From assembly GCA_013239625.1 (NCBI GenBank), contig MU054187.1:19336711-19400710 (forward strand): 64,000 nt of DNA, written 5' to 3'. Of the stretch, positions 61,895-64,000 are shown one piece after another. The notes beneath the pieces are model-generated. The model saw only the letters and a program-made list of their open reading frames with translations. It made no database searches and was not told the DNA's origin. How positions within the stretch are numbered: the stretch's first letter is position 1; each line of letters begins with the position of its first letter. Both the position numbers and the translations under genes were made by a program. Source of the stretch: Lama guanicoe (taxonomy: Eukaryota).

Positions 61895-62970
61895 CAGGAG
61901 AGAAGAACATTCTAGGCAGAGGGAACAGCTTGTGCAAAGGCTGTGCACACGAAGGAGCATGACGGTGCGAGTAGATGAATGAAGTCCAGAGCGCGTGGAT
62001 CTCAGTGTTGCGGGCTCACAGAAGCAGATGATGCTGGAGAGGTTCCTGCGAGCTGGAAATCACGTGAGACATGAAGGCTGTGTTGAAGAATCTGCAGTGT
62101 TTCTGAAGAGCAATTAGGAAGCTACTAATGGTTGTAACCAGGTGTGCCACTCCCAGATCTGTGCCTTGGGAAAAGAAAAAAATCACTCTCATTGTATTCG
62201 GAAGACTAGACCACAGAGGGGCCAGGGTTGATGCATTAGTTTTCTATTGCTGCTGGAAGAAGTGACCTCAAGTTAAGCATTTGAAACAGTATCGCAATTT
62301 CCATAGGTCAGAGGATTGGGCACAGCAAGGCTTAGCGGGGCTCTCTGTGCAGGTCTCACCTGGTAAGGAATCAAGGTGTCAGCTGGGGCTGAGGGTCTCA
62401 TCTCCAGCTCACAGGTTGTTGGCAAAATTCACTTCCTTCTCCTGCTCTACATGCAGCCCCACTTGTGTTTGAGCCAGTAACTCCTCCAGGTCAAGCCCTC
62501 ACGTTTCCAGTCTCTCCAACATCCTCTGCAGCTGCCTCTCTCCTACATCCTCCTCTGCCTTCGGCTGGAAGGCAGCTCCACTTGGAAGGGTTCATGTGAT
62601 TATACTGGATTCACCCGGATAATCCAGGATACTCTCCCTACTTTAAAGTCAAGCTCACTAATAACCTTCCTTACTTCTGCAAAGGCCCTTTTGCCATGTA
62701 ACATAAGTTATTCACAGGTATGACATCAGGGACAAATGTCATAGTCACAATTAATTCTGCCTACCTCACTTGATGTAGGGATATCAATTAGAAAGTTATA
62801 GTAGTTCAAGCAGGAGAGGTTGATTACTTGATGGTGTTGGAAGAGATGGGGGAGGGGAGAGTACATGTTAGAGGAATCTTGGGGAACAAGGGAGAGAAAG
62901 ATGTAAAGGAATATTCCAAGGTCTTTCTTGCTTGCACAGTTGGATGAATGGGGAGCTCACTACCTAACAA
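61895..62970 (-). mobile_element. L2 fragments split by an MLT1 LTR
   Basis: cattctaggcagagggaacagcttgtgcaaagg...aaaatcactct; continues after 62,773. Confidence 0.65.
62232..62768 (-). mobile_element. Solo MLT1 (E/F-like) LTR
   Basis: tgcattagttttctattgctgct...atcaaggtgtcagc...cccggataatccaggat...ctgcaaaggcccttttgccatgtaac...ttctgcctacctca; TSD gttga / cttga. Confidence 0.88.
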
Positions 62971-63299
62971 TTCAATTTACTCCATTTTTGGATGGTTCTC
63001 ATCATGTGTTCTTTTTCCCTGGACCTCCAGTCCTACTGCCCATTTCCAGCCCTTCTCCATCCTGCATTTCAAACTGACGTTGCTTCTCCATTTCTGCAAA
63101 GGAGCAGTACTCCTGCCGATGCTCCTGGCATCTTACCGTGATTGGAAACAAATATTAAAGAAGATCTGTTTCTTTAGTCATCTGTTTCTGATTAAATATT
63201 ATGTATGTTTGGCTCATAGAAATCCATTCAATATTGATATATAAATCTAAATAAAAGTCCCAAATCAGAACTAACCACTATTATAAGTTAGAATTTATT

Positions 63300-63700
63300 C
63301 ATTTTGGTTATTTCAATTTTTTTTTTTTTTTTTTTACAGAAAAGTGATAAAATACACTCTTCTACAACTGGATCATTTTCGTTAGTGACATATGTTGGCA
63401 ATCCTTGTATGTTATCATATATAGATTTTTCTGATTCTTTTAAGCTGTGGCATGCTATTCTTTTTTTAAATGCATGTGCCATGACTTATTTAACCTGTTG
63501 CTTATTAATGGCTCTATAGCTTGCTTCCAACTTTTGCTGTTATAAGCAATGCTCTAATTGGTATCTGGGTGCAGGCATCTTTGGCCGCTTGTACGATAAA
63601 TCCCTGGGGTAACTTTCTAGATTTGGAATTGCTGAATCAAAAATCATATGCATTAAACATTTTAATTGTTAAAACTGTCCTTCAAAAAGACTGTTGTAGT
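63300..63700 (-). mobile_element. Old L1M fragment
   Basis: ttgcttccaacttttgctgttataagcaatgct...tttctagatttggaattgctgaatcaaa...aaactgtccttcaaaaag. Confidence 0.65.
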
Positions 63701-64000
63701 GTTTTGTTTTTTTTGTTTTTGTTTTTGTTTTTTCTACCTAATCTGAGTGTCAGGTGGAGGAAGAATATGACTTCAGGTAGAACTAAAGGAAACACTCTCA
63801 ATGAAAAAAATCCAAGATGAGATCAATGTTACCTCCTAATGCAGCCTGGAATGTGTGAGATTTAACAAAGATAAAACATTTGTCCCAGTGCTTCCAGTAC
63901 TGTGTTCCATACTGGGAAGAGTGTAACGGTATCAGGGTAATTCAAAGAATAGTAATTGAGTTGTTTTCTCAAAAGCCCCTTGGCCTACTTGTTAAACATG

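Noticed and set aside
1..64000. CRISPR arrays, operons, rRNA or a novel multi-gene system
   Set aside because: This is mammalian intronic and upstream DNA; I saw no regularly spaced repeat-spacer array, no gene-dense segment and no foreign-looking insert.

Overview
Mammalian nuclear DNA, most likely camelid: three tRNA-derived SINEs resemble the vic-1 family and the young L1 3' ends are of cetartiodactyl type. I see no credible protein-coding exon; the ORF track reflects chance ORFs, CpG-island ORFs and L1 ORF1/ORF2 debris. The main feature is a CpG-island promoter (~50,020-51,060) driving a minus-strand gene. It has a ~460-nt GC-rich non-coding first exon (donor CCA|GTAAGT at 50,365), a ~41-kb first intron and a well-formed 68-nt second exon at 9,246-9,313; the CDS must lie left of the window. 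This layout resembles PAG1 as I recall it, but that identity is unverified. The rest is intron and upstream DNA dense in L1, L2, MIR, MLT1/ERVL LTRs and hAT/Tigger MITEs, with two N gaps. I found no new biological system. The best leads are an AUG-UGA start-stop and a uORF in the leader, a chimeric L1 inside one TSD pair, a gap-flanking duplicated L1 with a shared deletion, a 7SK 5' retrocopy, a SINE with a duplicated A box and a candidate upstream enhancer or alternative promoter near 60 kb. Repeat family names come from remembered consensus sequences, and repeat boundaries are approximate unless a TSD is given.
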